Made by a program: the position numbers and the translations under genes. Below are positions 1 through 13,658 of a DNA stretch of 64,000 nucleotides, in pieces. A model generated the notes under the pieces. The model searched no databases and was not told where the DNA came from. It saw only the letters and a program-made list of their open reading frames with translations. The stretch spans positions 239,444,001 through 239,508,000 of the forward strand of contig OZ024743.1 of NCBI GenBank assembly GCA_964016885.1, given 5' to 3'. Each line of letters opens with the position of its first letter. Position 1 is the stretch's first letter. The DNA comes from Eledone cirrhosa. Lineage: Eukaryota.

Positions 1-749
1 TGACATGGTTTGCTATACAATAAGGGCTTTAATCACATTGCTGACAATTGTTTCTCTGAACTGGTAGGTCTAGAGATCGCTACCCGCCTGTTTCTGCGTC
101 AATCGATCACCAATACATAGTTATAACCAGTCAATTCATCAGAGCTTGCGAGAATGAAGGGAATACACAGGCATGGCTTCTATATATAGTAGTGGCATTA
201 AATCAGAACAACAACAATACTAACAATGCTAGCAATAAATTAGTTGAAATAATCACAACATCAATCTAAGTAAGACATGGAGTATACTTATGACTTTAGC
301 ATGTAAAACGAGCTGATATGCGGTAGATGTATGAAATTGACATGTAAAAGCTGTCATGGGGTGTATTATATATAGTGTAGAGATAAGCCGGGGCTTGAAA
401 CAATGTACCATTTCCTTTACCGTAGGTTTGCTGACAGTAAGAATTATTTATTATCTGACAGATAAAATATTTTCATTGTAGTGAGGATAGTAATTTGTAT
501 GTGGTGTAAAGTGGATTCAATATTTAAGTGGTCGATATTAGATGAAGGGATTGTTAGTTCGAATCATGGGGTTGTTTAGCTTTCACATCATCAATAACAA
601 GCATGTATAAGATAACACCAACAGAGTAGCAATATAATAGGTAAGTTAATACAGAGGTTAAGGAAGCAATATATATATAGTGAAAACATGCTGACTACAA
701 TTATAACAACAGGAGGAAGGTGATGTTTTACGGATTGTGATAGTATTCT

Positions 750-932
750 AATAATTGTTTCTATTTTAGGCACAATGCCAGCAATTACCCAGTGTATTAC
801 TGGTACTTTATTTTATCGACCCCGTAAGGAAGAAAGGCAAAGTTAACCTCGGCGGGATTTGAACTCAGATCATAAAGGGACGTAACACTATGCTTCAAAG
901 CATGGTGTCCGACTCTCTGCCGATACTGCCAA
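750..932 (-). mobile_element. tRNA-derived SINE with Meta/MESC-like central domain (family A)
   Basis: Minus strand has A box TGGCAGTATCGG, B box GTTCAAATCC and central GCCTTTCTTCCTTACGGGGTCGATAAAATAAAGTACCAG; at least 9 related copies in the window. Confidence 0.8.
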
Positions 933-1070
933 TTCTAATAATGTACTTGGATTTAGGTTCATCTGTTGAGAATCAAGAATGAGGAAGTTGTGTTCACAGC
1001 AGCTGAGAAAATATAAGATATTTGCAGATATTACTGTGGTATAGAATTAATATATATATATATATATATA

Positions 1071-1850
1071 TATTGTTATACTTTGGGAGGGTCATGTTGC
1101 CAATAAGAAACACACGCACCAGTTGCTTTCACTACAATTTATTATATATTTATAAATTTATAAATTTACAAATTTACAAACTTATAAATTTCTGGTTGGT
1201 TGGTTGGTTCCACAACCAGATAGTTGTTTATATATAGTCATAGTCCTTTCGTCACACACTCTGTGACCTCTTCAGTGACTGGGGATTCCTTCCTTCGTTT
1301 CTGTGCCTTTCCTTTCTTCTATCCTACGCCATTTTGTTTCTGTGTGTGTGTTGTGTGCTCAGTTTGCGCATGCGGCACATCCGGGTGTCTGTGTGTGTTT
1401 GTGTTCATTTTTCTATTTGTTTATTTATTTATTTATTGTTGGTTGGTTGTTTGTTCTATGTGTGTGTGTGTTTTCATTTTGTCCTGTGTGTGTTTTCATT
1501 TTGTGTGTGTTTTAATTTTGTCCTTAATTCTAGTTTTACAGTTTTACAGTTTTACAGTTTTACAGTTAATATGGGGGCTTATTTTACAGGTTATACATTT
1601 CTTATCTATACATGAGGACTATGACTATATATAAACAACTATCTGGTTGTGGAACCAACCAACCAACCAGAAATTTATAAGTTTGTAAATTTGTAAATTT
1701 ATAAATTTATAAATATATCATAAATTGAAGTGAAAGCAACTGGTGCGTGTGTTTCTTATTGGCAACATGACCCTCCCAAAGTATAACAATATCGGTTTCA
1801 ACACACGATTTCAGATAAAGAATCTTGCTAAACAAATTCAGAAACGAAAT
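1071..1850 (-). mobile_element. Non-coding PLE-type element with inverted pLTR arms between (TA)n tracts
   Basis: About 175-bp inverted repeat 1071-1246 / 1616-1790 plus one-sided extension 1791-1850; HHR at 1236-1280. Confidence 0.75.
1236..1280 (-). ncRNA. Minimal type I hammerhead ribozyme
   Basis: Reverse complement AGTCA-CTGAAGA-G-GTCACA..TGTGAC-GAAA-GGAC-TA-TGACT; stems I and II pair, very short stem III. Confidence 0.75.
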
Positions 1851-1882
1851 ATATATATATAAATATATATATACACACACAC

Positions 1883-1957
<75 letters not shown>

Positions 1958-1959
1958 TA

Positions 1960-2141
<182 letters not shown>

Positions 2142-2152
2142 TATATATACAT

Positions 2153-2261
<109 letters not shown>

Positions 2262-2267
2262 CATATA

Positions 2268-2325
<58 letters not shown>

Positions 2326-2345
2326 CAAATATATATATATATACA

Positions 2346-3150
2346 TATTAACGAGCATATTTTCAACGACCAATTCACTTATTACAATGAAGCTCTTGCT
2401 CGGAGTGGATTTGTCGATAAGGTAACATATACAGAGTACGAAAATAGACCTAGAAGAAATAGATCCCGTCGCATTTGTTGGTATAACCCACCATATAATA
2501 TGGAGGTGGCCACACCATTAGCTAAGATCTTTCTTTCCTTTATTACGAAGCATTTTCCCCCTACACATAAATATAGTAAAATTGTTAATAGAAATACTAT
2601 TAAAATTTCTTACTCTACCACTCCTAACCTTACACATAACATCACAGCTTCAAATTTAGCTAAACGAACTAGCCGTAGGAACACGTGCAACCCTGTAGTT
2701 AGTACTAACTGTAATTGTAGGAATCGGCTTGATTGCCCCCTATCATGGAAATGCCTCTCTAGTAATATTGTCTACAAATGTAAGGTTGAAACACCCACGT
2801 CCCGTAGGGCCTACATAGGGTTAACCGCCAATAGTTTCAAGCAGCGTCTTTACATGCATACCCATTCTTTTCGTTACCCTCTAAGAAGGAATATGACGTC
2901 ACTTTCTGCTTATATCTGGAGTCTAAAAGACAACCACACCCAATTTAAGTTACACTGGGATATCCTAGCTAGGGCTAGATCGTATAACGGAAATAAAAGA
3001 CCATGTGACCTCTGCGCCACTGAGGCCCTAGAAATACTCTACGCCACAGAACACATCTTAAGCAAAAAATCTGAGGCAATTTCGGCTTGTAAACATAAAT
3101 TGCACAAAACTTTCCTGTATTACAGCCCCACGTTATACCCTAACGGATAG
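2346..3150 (+). mobile_element. 5'-truncated Penelope-like element (Hydra-type), RT thumb/linker plus C-terminal GIY-YIG endonuclease
   Basis: ORF 2059-3150 after the (TA)n part: [25 protein letters not shown] (CxCx5C), IVY..YIGLT..FKQRL..H, CDLC; fused directly to (TA)n. Confidence 0.85.
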
Positions 3151-4169
3151 TACGATCTATACGTGGATATTTTATGTCTTGATGTGGTAGCTAAGTATAT
3201 GTTTTGTTTATACCATTACTTATTTGCATAGGTAAGTATATTTTACCTGTATGTTTTGTGAAGGTACGTATACCTTCTCATACATATATTTGATTGTAGA
3301 TGTTATGGCGAATAATTTTATATATTCTGGTACATATGGTTTGGTTATGTGTATACGGGAGTTTTGCGTCTGTGTGAGTATGCAGGTTCGTACGTATGTA
3401 GGGTGTGTGTATATGTGTACTTCATGTTTTGGTTGACTTACGTCTCCGAACATTTGTGTGTTTATATGTAGGTATGTGTGTGCGCTTGTTATATACGTAT
3501 TTATTTATTTATATACGTTTATTTAATTATTTATTTATTTGTATACACGCATACACACACACACATATTTATATGTGCGTGGTTTTGTGTACCTCTGGTA
3601 GGTGTTTTCGCGTATGCTTGTGTATGTACGTACTTGTATGCGTGTATGTATTTATTTAATTTATATTACCTCGTATTGTATTTATTTACTTTGTTCTTAA
3701 CTCTGAAGCGGAGATTCATTCGGTCTCCTAGTTAGAATTTTAGTCTACGACTTCTGCTATACCATTTACGTGGTTTTGTTTTGAGTGCAATTCTTCTCCA
3801 CTCTCCACATATGACGTATTATCTTCGTTTTTTTCGTTCATTGCCAGAGAACGTCTCTATGAACCACCTAAGAGAACATTAGTCTACGACCTTTTTTATA
3901 CCATAAACGTGGTTCTGTCTTTGCGCGTAATTGTTTTTCACCGCTATTATTAATGACATATTATATTCGTTTTTCCCCGTTCTTTGCCAGGGAACGTTTC
4001 CACTAACCAAACTATCGTCTTCCTTTCTTCCTCCGGTTGCAACGTTTTTTGAAATATCCACTTCTGCGTTTACAGAAGATCCCGTTAAGGGTGAAAGCAG
4101 CGATTCTTTGCTTAAACTTTAATCTGTTATTTTAATAAATATATATATATATATATATATATGCATATA

Positions 4170-4216
<47 letters not shown>

Positions 4217-4271
4217 GTATATATATATGTATATATATATGTATACATATATATATGTATATATATATATG

Positions 4272-4315
<44 letters not shown>

Positions 4316-4319
4316 TATA

Positions 4320-5323
<1,004 letters not shown>

Positions 5324-5377
5324 GTATACATACATATATATATATATATATACATATATATATACATATATATATAT

Positions 5378-5812
5378 GGGAGGAAGTTATAGTTCACTTG
5401 AAGCATTGTGTAATTAGGTATAAACGTTTGTATATGTATAATAAAGCCAAAACAATGCAGGTATGGACATGGAATAAGGAATGCAAATGCAAAAGATATT
5501 GTTGACAATTAGTCTTTTACCTTAGATTTATTTAAATGTCCTTAATTTTCGAGATAATATCTTTTCTTCGGAAGGAAGTAAAACGGTTAAACCAGTGTTC
5601 TAAATAGCTTGCCAAGTCATGCTGACAGGAAATATACCATTTCCTGTCAGCATGATATGGCAAGCTATTTAGAACACAGGTTTAACCGCTTTACTTCCCT
5701 CCGAAGAAGAGATATTATCTCGAAAATTAAGGACATTTAAATAAATCTAAGGTAAAAGACTAATTGTCAACAATAACTTTTGCATTTGCATTCTTTATTC
5801 TATGTCCATATA
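5378..5812. repeat. Fold-back palindromic PLE-end element with degenerate HHR
   Basis: About 170-bp arms 5462-5634 / 5639-5810, extension on the left; CCGAAGA-AGAGATATTATCTC-GAAA in the arms. Confidence 0.65.
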
Positions 5813-5889
5813 CATATATATATTTATTCTATGTCTTTCTACATATATATATATATATATATGTGTGCGTGTGTGTGTGTGTGAATATA

Positions 5890-5983
<94 letters not shown>

Positions 5984-5990
5984 CGTGTGT

Positions 5991-6039
<49 letters not shown>

Positions 6040-6529
6040 TTCAAAATATTAACAAAATAGATATTCTTGTGATCAATTATATTTTATTATACATAATTCA
6101 GAGGTTTCTGAGTTAAGTTCAACAGTATGTCCTCATCAGATAAAATAAGATGATGCATGAGATACCCTGACATAGTAGATGGTTAAGATTCAGTCATGGT
6201 AGTGATTAACATATGACAAAACTCAATATTTATACCCTAATGTTGAGAACATGAGAAAAATATATAATACAAACAATAGAGAGGGTGCTTGTAATACAGC
6301 TTAAAAAATACATGGCATCAATATAACAGTTAAAACATTTTTTTAAAAGCTACTGAATAGAAAGGAAAGAAAGGAAAGCATAGAGGAAGAAACAGCTGAT
6401 GTGATAATATATTTTGTAGGTGCCTCTGAAAAAACAATTGGAAGTAGATTAAATATGGAGAGAGACAAAGAGAAGTAATATATGTTCAAGTTTATAGACA
6501 ATTTTCCATATATGCAATATATATCCAAA

Positions 6530-6730
6530 TTTATTTAGTTGACCTAATTGTTGAGTGCTTCCAATCTATTGTAAAATTCATTATTTCATGTATTCATTGA
6601 ACCTTGTTTAACTTTTAAATATATATATATATATATATATGTTTAAAAGTTAAACAAGGTTCAATGAATACATCAAAGAATGAGTTTTACAAAAGATTGG
6701 AAGCACTCAACAGTACAGTCAATTAAATAA
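6530..6730. repeat. Inverted repeat centred on a (TA)n tract
   Basis: About 6530-6620 is the imperfect reverse complement of 6642-6730; shares TGAGTGCTTC.AATCT.TTGTAAAA with the elements near 7380 and 56850. Confidence 0.7.
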
Positions 6731-6738
6731 ATAAATAA

Positions 6739-6776
<38 letters not shown>

Positions 6777-6779
<3 letters not shown>

Positions 6780-6960
6780 GGCGCATGGCTTAGTGGTTAA
6801 AGCATTCGTCTTGCAATCGAAAGGTTGTGAGTTCAATTCTCGGACAGGGTGATGTGTTGTTTCCTTCAGCAAGGCACTTTATTTCACGTTGCTCCAGTTT
6901 ATTCACCTGTAGAAATGAGTACCGGCCTGCCCGCCCATCAAGTGGGATGGCGTTATCATA
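6777..6960 (+). mobile_element. tRNA-derived SINE (family B)
   Basis: GGCGCATGGCTTAGTGGTTA (A box), GAGTTCAATTC (B box), CCTTCAGCAAGGCACTTTA core. Confidence 0.75.
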
Positions 6961-7040
6961 TGGCTAAGACAGAACGACGTTCTGTGACCAGCGTCGCCAA
7001 TTTGCGCCCGAGAGACTGGTCGGTCAAGGTGATCAAGGTG

Positions 7041-7091
<51 letters not shown>

Positions 7092-7519
7092 AGCATGCAA
7101 AAGAAAACATATACATCTGAGTGTGAAATTTGGTAGACAGAAATTTTGCGGAAGCCCGTAGTTTATATGTATGTATATGTGTATGTGTGTGCTTATTTGC
7201 TAATGCACCATAGTTTAGAGGTTTCAGAAAAGAGATCGATAAAGAACCATAAATCAGGATAGAACAAGTTTGAAAATAATTAGATCATCACTCAACAGAG
7301 TAGTCGATACTTTTGGTAGTAGAATGTGGCAATAGAATGTGGTTAAAGGACCCGTCTCTAAACATATATTTATATATATAAACAATGAGTTATTTGGTTT
7401 GTTGATTACTCAACAAAGTTAATTTTACAACAGATTAGAAGCACTCAACACCGTTTATCTGGAGTATCATTAATATCAATAATATTAATAAATGGAAAAT
7501 ATCTTTATAAAACCATATT

Positions 7520-7580
7520 TATTTTATTATACGTATTTCAAGGGTACTAATATTTAAGTATGCTTTCGTCAGATAAAATA
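7520..7580 (-). ncRNA. Type I hammerhead ribozyme in a (TA)n-flanked element (7380-7640)
   Basis: Reverse complement TATTTTAT-CTGACGA-AAGCATACT..AGTACCCTT-GAAA-TACGTA-TA-ATAAAATA; homologous copy at 56712-56771. Confidence 0.85.
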
Positions 7581-7781
7581 TAATAATTATGATTTTATAA
7601 AGATATTTTCCATTTATTAATAAATGTAGAAATAATTATTGATATATATATATATATATATATAAATATATATAGTTAAATCTTAGACGGGAACAAAAAC
7701 AGAGAGGCAGTCCAAATATGTGTTTATTAGGTTCACGCTTTTGAGAGTGGGGTGGTCGTGTATATATATATATACATAAAT

Positions 7782-7895
<114 letters not shown>

Positions 7896-8120
7896 GTGTT
7901 GTGTCTAGTAGTAGCTACGGTGCTTCCCTAGGCGGTATGCCAAAATTAGCACTTGATATTCATCAGAGTAGAGTGTAGATATTATAAAGAAAACGAAAAA
8001 TCGGTGATGCATCTGGACTTAGTTTATTTCGTGTTACAAATGTTTCGCCGGCATGTAGCTCGAGTCATGATCCTTGTATGGATCTGGCCAGAAGTAGAAT
8101 CAGCCAGATCCATACAAGGA

Positions 8121-8204
<84 letters not shown>

Positions 8205-8467
8205 ACAGGGAGAAAGAGACGATTATTAGGAAGAAAGATTTTTTTTTCCTCTTTAGTTTCTCTCTCTTTTTTTCTGGTTAATATATATATATATATATGT
8301 ACCAACGTGTATAAATATACACACATATCTAATATATATATATATATTAGTATGGTGAACTAACTGTTGTGCTGCTACGTATACATACACACGCATATAT
8401 ATATATATATATATATCTGTGTGTGTGTATGTATAAGTAGTAACACAACAGTTAGTTCGCCATACTA

Positions 8468-8551
<84 letters not shown>

Positions 8552-8557
<6 letters not shown>

Positions 8558-9020
8558 AAGTTAAATAAAAAGTCAAATGATTAAAATTTAGCTTCGTTTA
8601 TTACTGCTATATATATTTCAGTGACAGCCATCTTTGGCTGCGACCTCTTCATGCGGTTTGAATTAGTATGTTATAGACAAGTACATATGTTGTTGAGGTG
8701 TATAATATTGTCAATACTCTGATATGCCCAGTTCCTGGTTGGGTTGTTATTTCACTGAGGAACTGGAATCATATTATACACCTCAACAACATATGTACTT
8801 GTCTATACAATACTAATTCAAACTGCCTGAAGACGTCACAGCCAAAGATGACTGTCACTGAAATATATATAGCAGTAATAAACGAAGCTAAATTTTAATT
8901 ATTTGACTTTTTATTTAACTTTATTTTACACTACTCCGGAGTAAGCAAACCAACCTGCGCACCTCGTCGAGTGCTCCTGCCTGCATACTGAGGTGTTGGT
9001 ATACAACCAACATAAACTCA

Positions 9021-9022
<2 letters not shown>
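8552..9022 (+). mobile_element. Inverted-pLTR PLE-type element with tail
   Basis: About 157-bp arms 8552-8708 / 8771-8927, 3' extension 8928-9022, (TA)n on both sides. Confidence 0.75.
8822..8876 (+). ncRNA. Type I hammerhead ribozyme (mutated mirror copy about 8602-8657)
   Basis: ACTGC-CTGAAGA-CGTCACAG..CTGTCACT-GAAA-TATATA-TA-GCAGT. Confidence 0.8.
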
Positions 9023-9058
<36 letters not shown>

Positions 9059-9078
9059 AAGTTACAACATAACTTGAT

Positions 9079-9151
9079 TGGAGAATCCGGGCATCGATCC
9101 CGGTACCTCTCGCATGCTAAGCGAGCGCTCTACCATCTGAGCTAATTCCCC
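9079..9151 (-). tRNA. tRNA-Ala (AGC)
   Basis: Reverse complement GGGGAATTAGCTCAGATGGTAGAGCGCTCGCTTAGCATGCGAGAGGTACCGGGATCGATGCCCGGATTCTCCA, 73 nt, cloverleaf intact; TTTT about 18 nt downstream. Confidence 0.95.
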
Positions 9152-9606
9152 ATAAAATAATACAACTGGCTTTCCACAAAATACATATAGTTGGCACCCC
9201 AGACACTAAATTGGGTTTATACTAACGTATAACCTAATGTTTGTTGAGTGAGATGGTTACCAGTCGGAGTTTAGCGTAAATCTTTCTCTGTTATTGTATT
9301 AATATTTTACTCTTGATTTGGCCAGAGATTTTTTATTTCCAGGTACCTTATACACATGACTTTCCGTATTTCTTACTGTTATGAGATATTGTTCGTTTTT
9401 TGGTTATCACTTCTCTGTTTTTAGCCGAAGAAAATATCTATATGCGTGTGTAATACACGCATACATTTATTTTTTAAAAATTAATTGAGTTCTTAACACG
9501 AAGGATTGATAATGTTTTTGAAAAAACTAATTAACCCACGTGTATATTATTTTTCTTTTCTCGTGACTCGTGATTGTCTCGCTTTCTCGCTTCATGACGC
9601 TATGAT

Positions 9607-12595
9607 ACTTCCGCGGACAAGGGAGGCGCCGTTGTGGTATGGCGCGCTGACCTCTACACGGCCGAAGCCCTCAGGCAGCTCCGTCACACCCTCTTCTACC
9701 GCCCTCTACCCTCCCACCCCACACCCCTCTACCAACAACAAGTTTGCTCCACCATCCAACACCTTGTCTCCGCCTCCCTTCTGCCTCCCACCTCGTCTCA
9801 CATCATCGTCCGCACCCCGCCCCCCACTATCTACTTCCTCCCCAAACTCCACAAACCCGACAACCCTGGCCGCCCCATCGTCTCCGCTTGCAACTGCCCC
9901 ACCGAACTCATCTCCGCCTTTCTTGACTCCATCCCCACTACACTTGTCACCACCCTCCCCTCTCATATCTCCGACACGAACCACGCCTTCGCCTGTTCGA
10001 CTCCCTCATTTTCCCACCCGGCCCACACCCCCTCCTCTTCACCCTAGATACTAAGTTCCTCTATACTATCATCCCCCACGTCGACGGCCTACGTGCCCTC
10101 CGGCACTACCTCGACCTCCCCCCCCCTTCCCCTCCAGCCCCACCCTCCTTCGCCTCGCCGAGATGGTCCACACCCTCAACTGTTTCACCTTCTTGGGTGA
10201 GTTTTACCAACAGGTCACGGGGGTAGCGTTGGGCACAAGAATGCGCCCAAATTATGCCCACCTTTTCGTTGGCCATGTTGAGGCCCAAATCTTTGCCCGG
10301 TACACCGGCCCCACGCCAGAATTGTACGGTCGTTACATCGACGACTGTATCGGAGCCACGACCCTCACCCGAGAACAGCTCGACTCCTTTCTCTCCTTCT
10401 ACTGCTCCTTCCACCCCTCCCTCCACTTCACCACCTCTATTTCCACTACCCACATCCACTTCTTGGACATCTCCATCGCCATCGACCCCTCCCACCACTC
10501 CCTCGTCACCTCCGCTTTCTTCAAACCCACCGACTCCCACTCCGACCTCGACTTCACACCCCCCCCACCTACACACACAAAACACTCTATTCCCTAAATC
10601 CAACTCCTCCAGATCCGCCGCCTCTGCAGCCGAGATGCTGACTTTGAGTCCCAGACCCTTTCCCTAGTCAGCCATTTCATCCGGAGAGGTTACCCCCACT
10701 CCGTCGTCCACACCGCCCTCAGCCCACGCCACCGCACACCCACCGACCGTCTCCCCTTCCCCATCACCTACCACCTCTCCACCGCACCATCCTCCGCCTT
10801 TTCCGACGCCTCCAGACATCTACCTCCCCCATCTTCCCATCCCCACCCCTCCCATCCTCCAAACGCGCGCGCAATCTCTGCAACCTCCTCGTCCGCAGCT
10901 CCACCCCCTGCGGTTCCCTTCCCTGCTCCAGGCCTCGCTGCCACACCTGCGCCTACATCACCAACACCATCACCTTCCAGGGTCTCAACGGCCACTCACT
11001 CTCTGTCCGGCAGGCATTCCGCTGCACCTCCTCCAACCTAGTCTACGGACATCGCTGCACGGAGTGCAGCGCAACCTACGTCGAACAGACTGGGCGTCGC
11101 CTGGCGGACCGTTTCACGGAACACCTCCGGAATATTCGTCTCGACGGGAGTTCCCCCATTACCCGCCACTTTGCCTCCCCTGGACATTCCGCCCACGACC
11201 TCACAGTATGTGGCCTACTCCAATGCCATGGAACACCCGCCACCCGCCTCACGGTCGAACAACACACCATCTGCACCCTACAGACCCACACCCCCCCCTG
11301 GCCTGAACTCCCCATCCCTATTCCTTTGACCTTCGACAACCTACTTTTCCCCCTCACACATCCTCCACTAACACCACTCACACACACCTCCATTTCACCG
11401 CCCCACCTCCTTAGCCCACCCATCCACACACCATCACACACACAACCACCCACCCCACACACCCAACCACCACTAACCCCCAGTTACCCGCATTCAACCC
11501 TTTCTCCAGCACCAGTAATAATAACGCCCACTAACACCCCCTCAACCACATACGCACACTAATCCAAACATGCACCCACACACACCAGTACACTACACTC
11601 CCTCCTCCGTCCCCAACACCTTTTCTCTCCCTCTCCCCACCCCACCAACACCCCTTCACACACACATCCCATTAACACCTCTACTTTTATACACACCATC
11701 CACCCACATCACCACCTCCCCCCACCTTTCACACCTACCCATCCTCTCCCCTGTTCACCGCACCTCCGCAGACACAAACACACAGTCATCACCACACAGA
11801 CCATTTCCTCACCTGTCATCCTCCTCTACTGCTATCTCTTCACACTGCCTTGACCCTCTGACCAATTCCGGTTGAGCGCGCACCCCACATCTCTCCACTT
11901 CCGACCACCACAACCAATGGATTCCACACCACCGGTCATCGTTCCAGCTATCCACTCTATAACATGAGAAATATCCAACATCTCATCGCACACTCCACGG
12001 AACTACCATAGGAACTTACCCACGAACAAACACTCACATTTTTTTTCGAACCACACCGCCTACATCCACACCACGTATAAACACAAACACACACGTGCGT
12101 AGCCCCACATACACACACTCAGCCCCGGGAATCCATACGCCCCCTTCGCCCACTCCTCTGACTCCTCTCCATCCACACGCACGCACACACCGGTTCACCT
12201 TTTCCTGAACATGGAACCTCGTTCATCCCCCAACTCTCACATTCACATACACACGCACACACACACACGTACACCTACACACATACACAAGCACCACCTT
12301 CAGTTCTCCCCGCTCGGAACCCCCGCCTCCCTCTCCAAACTCCACCAGCCACCACAACTACACGCCTCACACCACTGTTTATTTTTATGTTTATTTTTTT
12401 TTATTTGTACTTCTAAAATCGTTTTCCACCCTTTTATCTCCCCCCCCATTTTTCTAAATGTCTTTCCCCCACTCCCCCACACACCCTCGGAACTCTCTTC
12501 CTACCCACTTTTCTCCTGGTGAAGGGCTTATGACGGAAACGTCGGTCCCCACCACACCCATCCTCATTCTCAAAAGCGTGCACCTAATAAACTCA
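9607..12595 (+). mobile_element. Penelope-like element (Neptune-type), 5'-truncated, frameshifted RT plus GIY-YIG, long C/A-rich 3' region
   Basis: ADKGGAVVVW, YFLPKLHKPDNPGRPIVS, QVTGVALGT, RYIDD, FKPTDSHS, CSRPRCHTC, NLVYGHRC..C..YVEQTGRRLADRFTEH, PGLN (about 11310); degenerate HHR 12516-12543; AATAAA 12586-12591. Confidence 0.9.
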
Positions 12596-12826
12596 TATTT
12601 GTATGTATACGTACATACATATATGTACGTACATACATATATGTATACAGACGTACAGTAGTATGTATATATATATACATATATGCACACATATATATAT
12701 ATATGTACGTATGGATTCACCGAATATTTATTATAATGCTAGGTGTCTTTGTAAACAAATATCCCGAATTAAGCCGTACAGTGAGTAGCAACCATCGTTG
12801 CTCATTTGTTCAACACTGACAAAGGA

Positions 12827-12869
12827 ACGCTGTACTAGTTTCAAGCTTATTAGCTATCGTCAGGAACGT
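12827..12869 (-). ncRNA. Minimal type I hammerhead ribozyme
   Basis: Reverse complement ACGTTC-CTGACGA-TAGCT-AATA-AGCTT-GAAA-CTAG-TA-CAGCGT; palindromic ACTAGT stem III. Confidence 0.8.
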
Positions 12870-13258
12870 ATACCTTCCTGCCAGATGATTGAACGTCTGA
12901 AAGTATATACTTTCCTTATGCATATTAACGGCTGAGCAGCCTAATTTGCATATCGAGTGAGTTAATCGGCCGGGCGCACCGAAAACGATAAACGGAAAAA
13001 ATGAAACGAAATTTCATTTCTCAATCTTAGTACGGCTGTTACTTAAATATAAGTATGTATACGTACATACATATATGTATACAGACGTACAGTAGTATGT
13101 ATATATATATATACATACTTGCACACATATATATATGTACGTATGGATTCACCGAACATTTATTATAATGCTCGTGGTGTTTGTAAACAAACATCCCAAA
13201 TTAAGCCGTACAATGTCTAGCAGCAATCGTTGCTCATTTGTTCAACACTGACAAAGGA

Positions 13259-13301
13259 ACGCTTTACTAGTTTCAAGCTTATTAGCTATCGTCAGCAACG
13301 T
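13259..13301 (-). ncRNA. Minimal type I hammerhead ribozyme
   Basis: Reverse complement ACGTTG-CTGACGA-TAGCT-AATA-AGCTT-GAAA-CTAG-TA-AAGCGT. Confidence 0.8.
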
Positions 13302-13609
13302 ATACCTTCCTGCCAAATGATTGAACGTCTGAAAGTATATACTTTCCTTATACATATTAACGGCTGAGCAGCCTAATTTGCATATCGAGTGAGTTAATCG
13401 GCCGGGCGCACCGAAAATGATAAACGGAAAAAATGAAACGAAATTTCATTTCTCACTCTTAGTACGGCTGTTACTTAAATATAAGTATGTATACGTACAT
13501 ACATATATGTATACAGACGTACAGTAGTATGTATATATATATATACATACATGCACACATATATATATATAGGTACGAGTGAGAAATGAAATTTCGTTTC
13601 ATTTTTTCC

Positions 13610-13658
<49 letters not shown>

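Larger units (their letters stand above)
12620..13614 (-). repeat. 432-bp tandem repeat with one HHR per unit (non-LTR retrozyme-like)
   Basis: Two full units plus a partial; HHRs at 12827-12869 and 13259-13301; short inverted copy 13576-13614 joins (TA)n. Confidence 0.8.

Noticed and set aside
12892-12915. Plus-strand CAGATGA..GAAAGTATATACTTTC resembling a second HHR in the 432-bp unit
   Set aside because: Core mismatch, no stem I or II pairing, and the second unit reads CAAATGA; just a 16-bp palindrome
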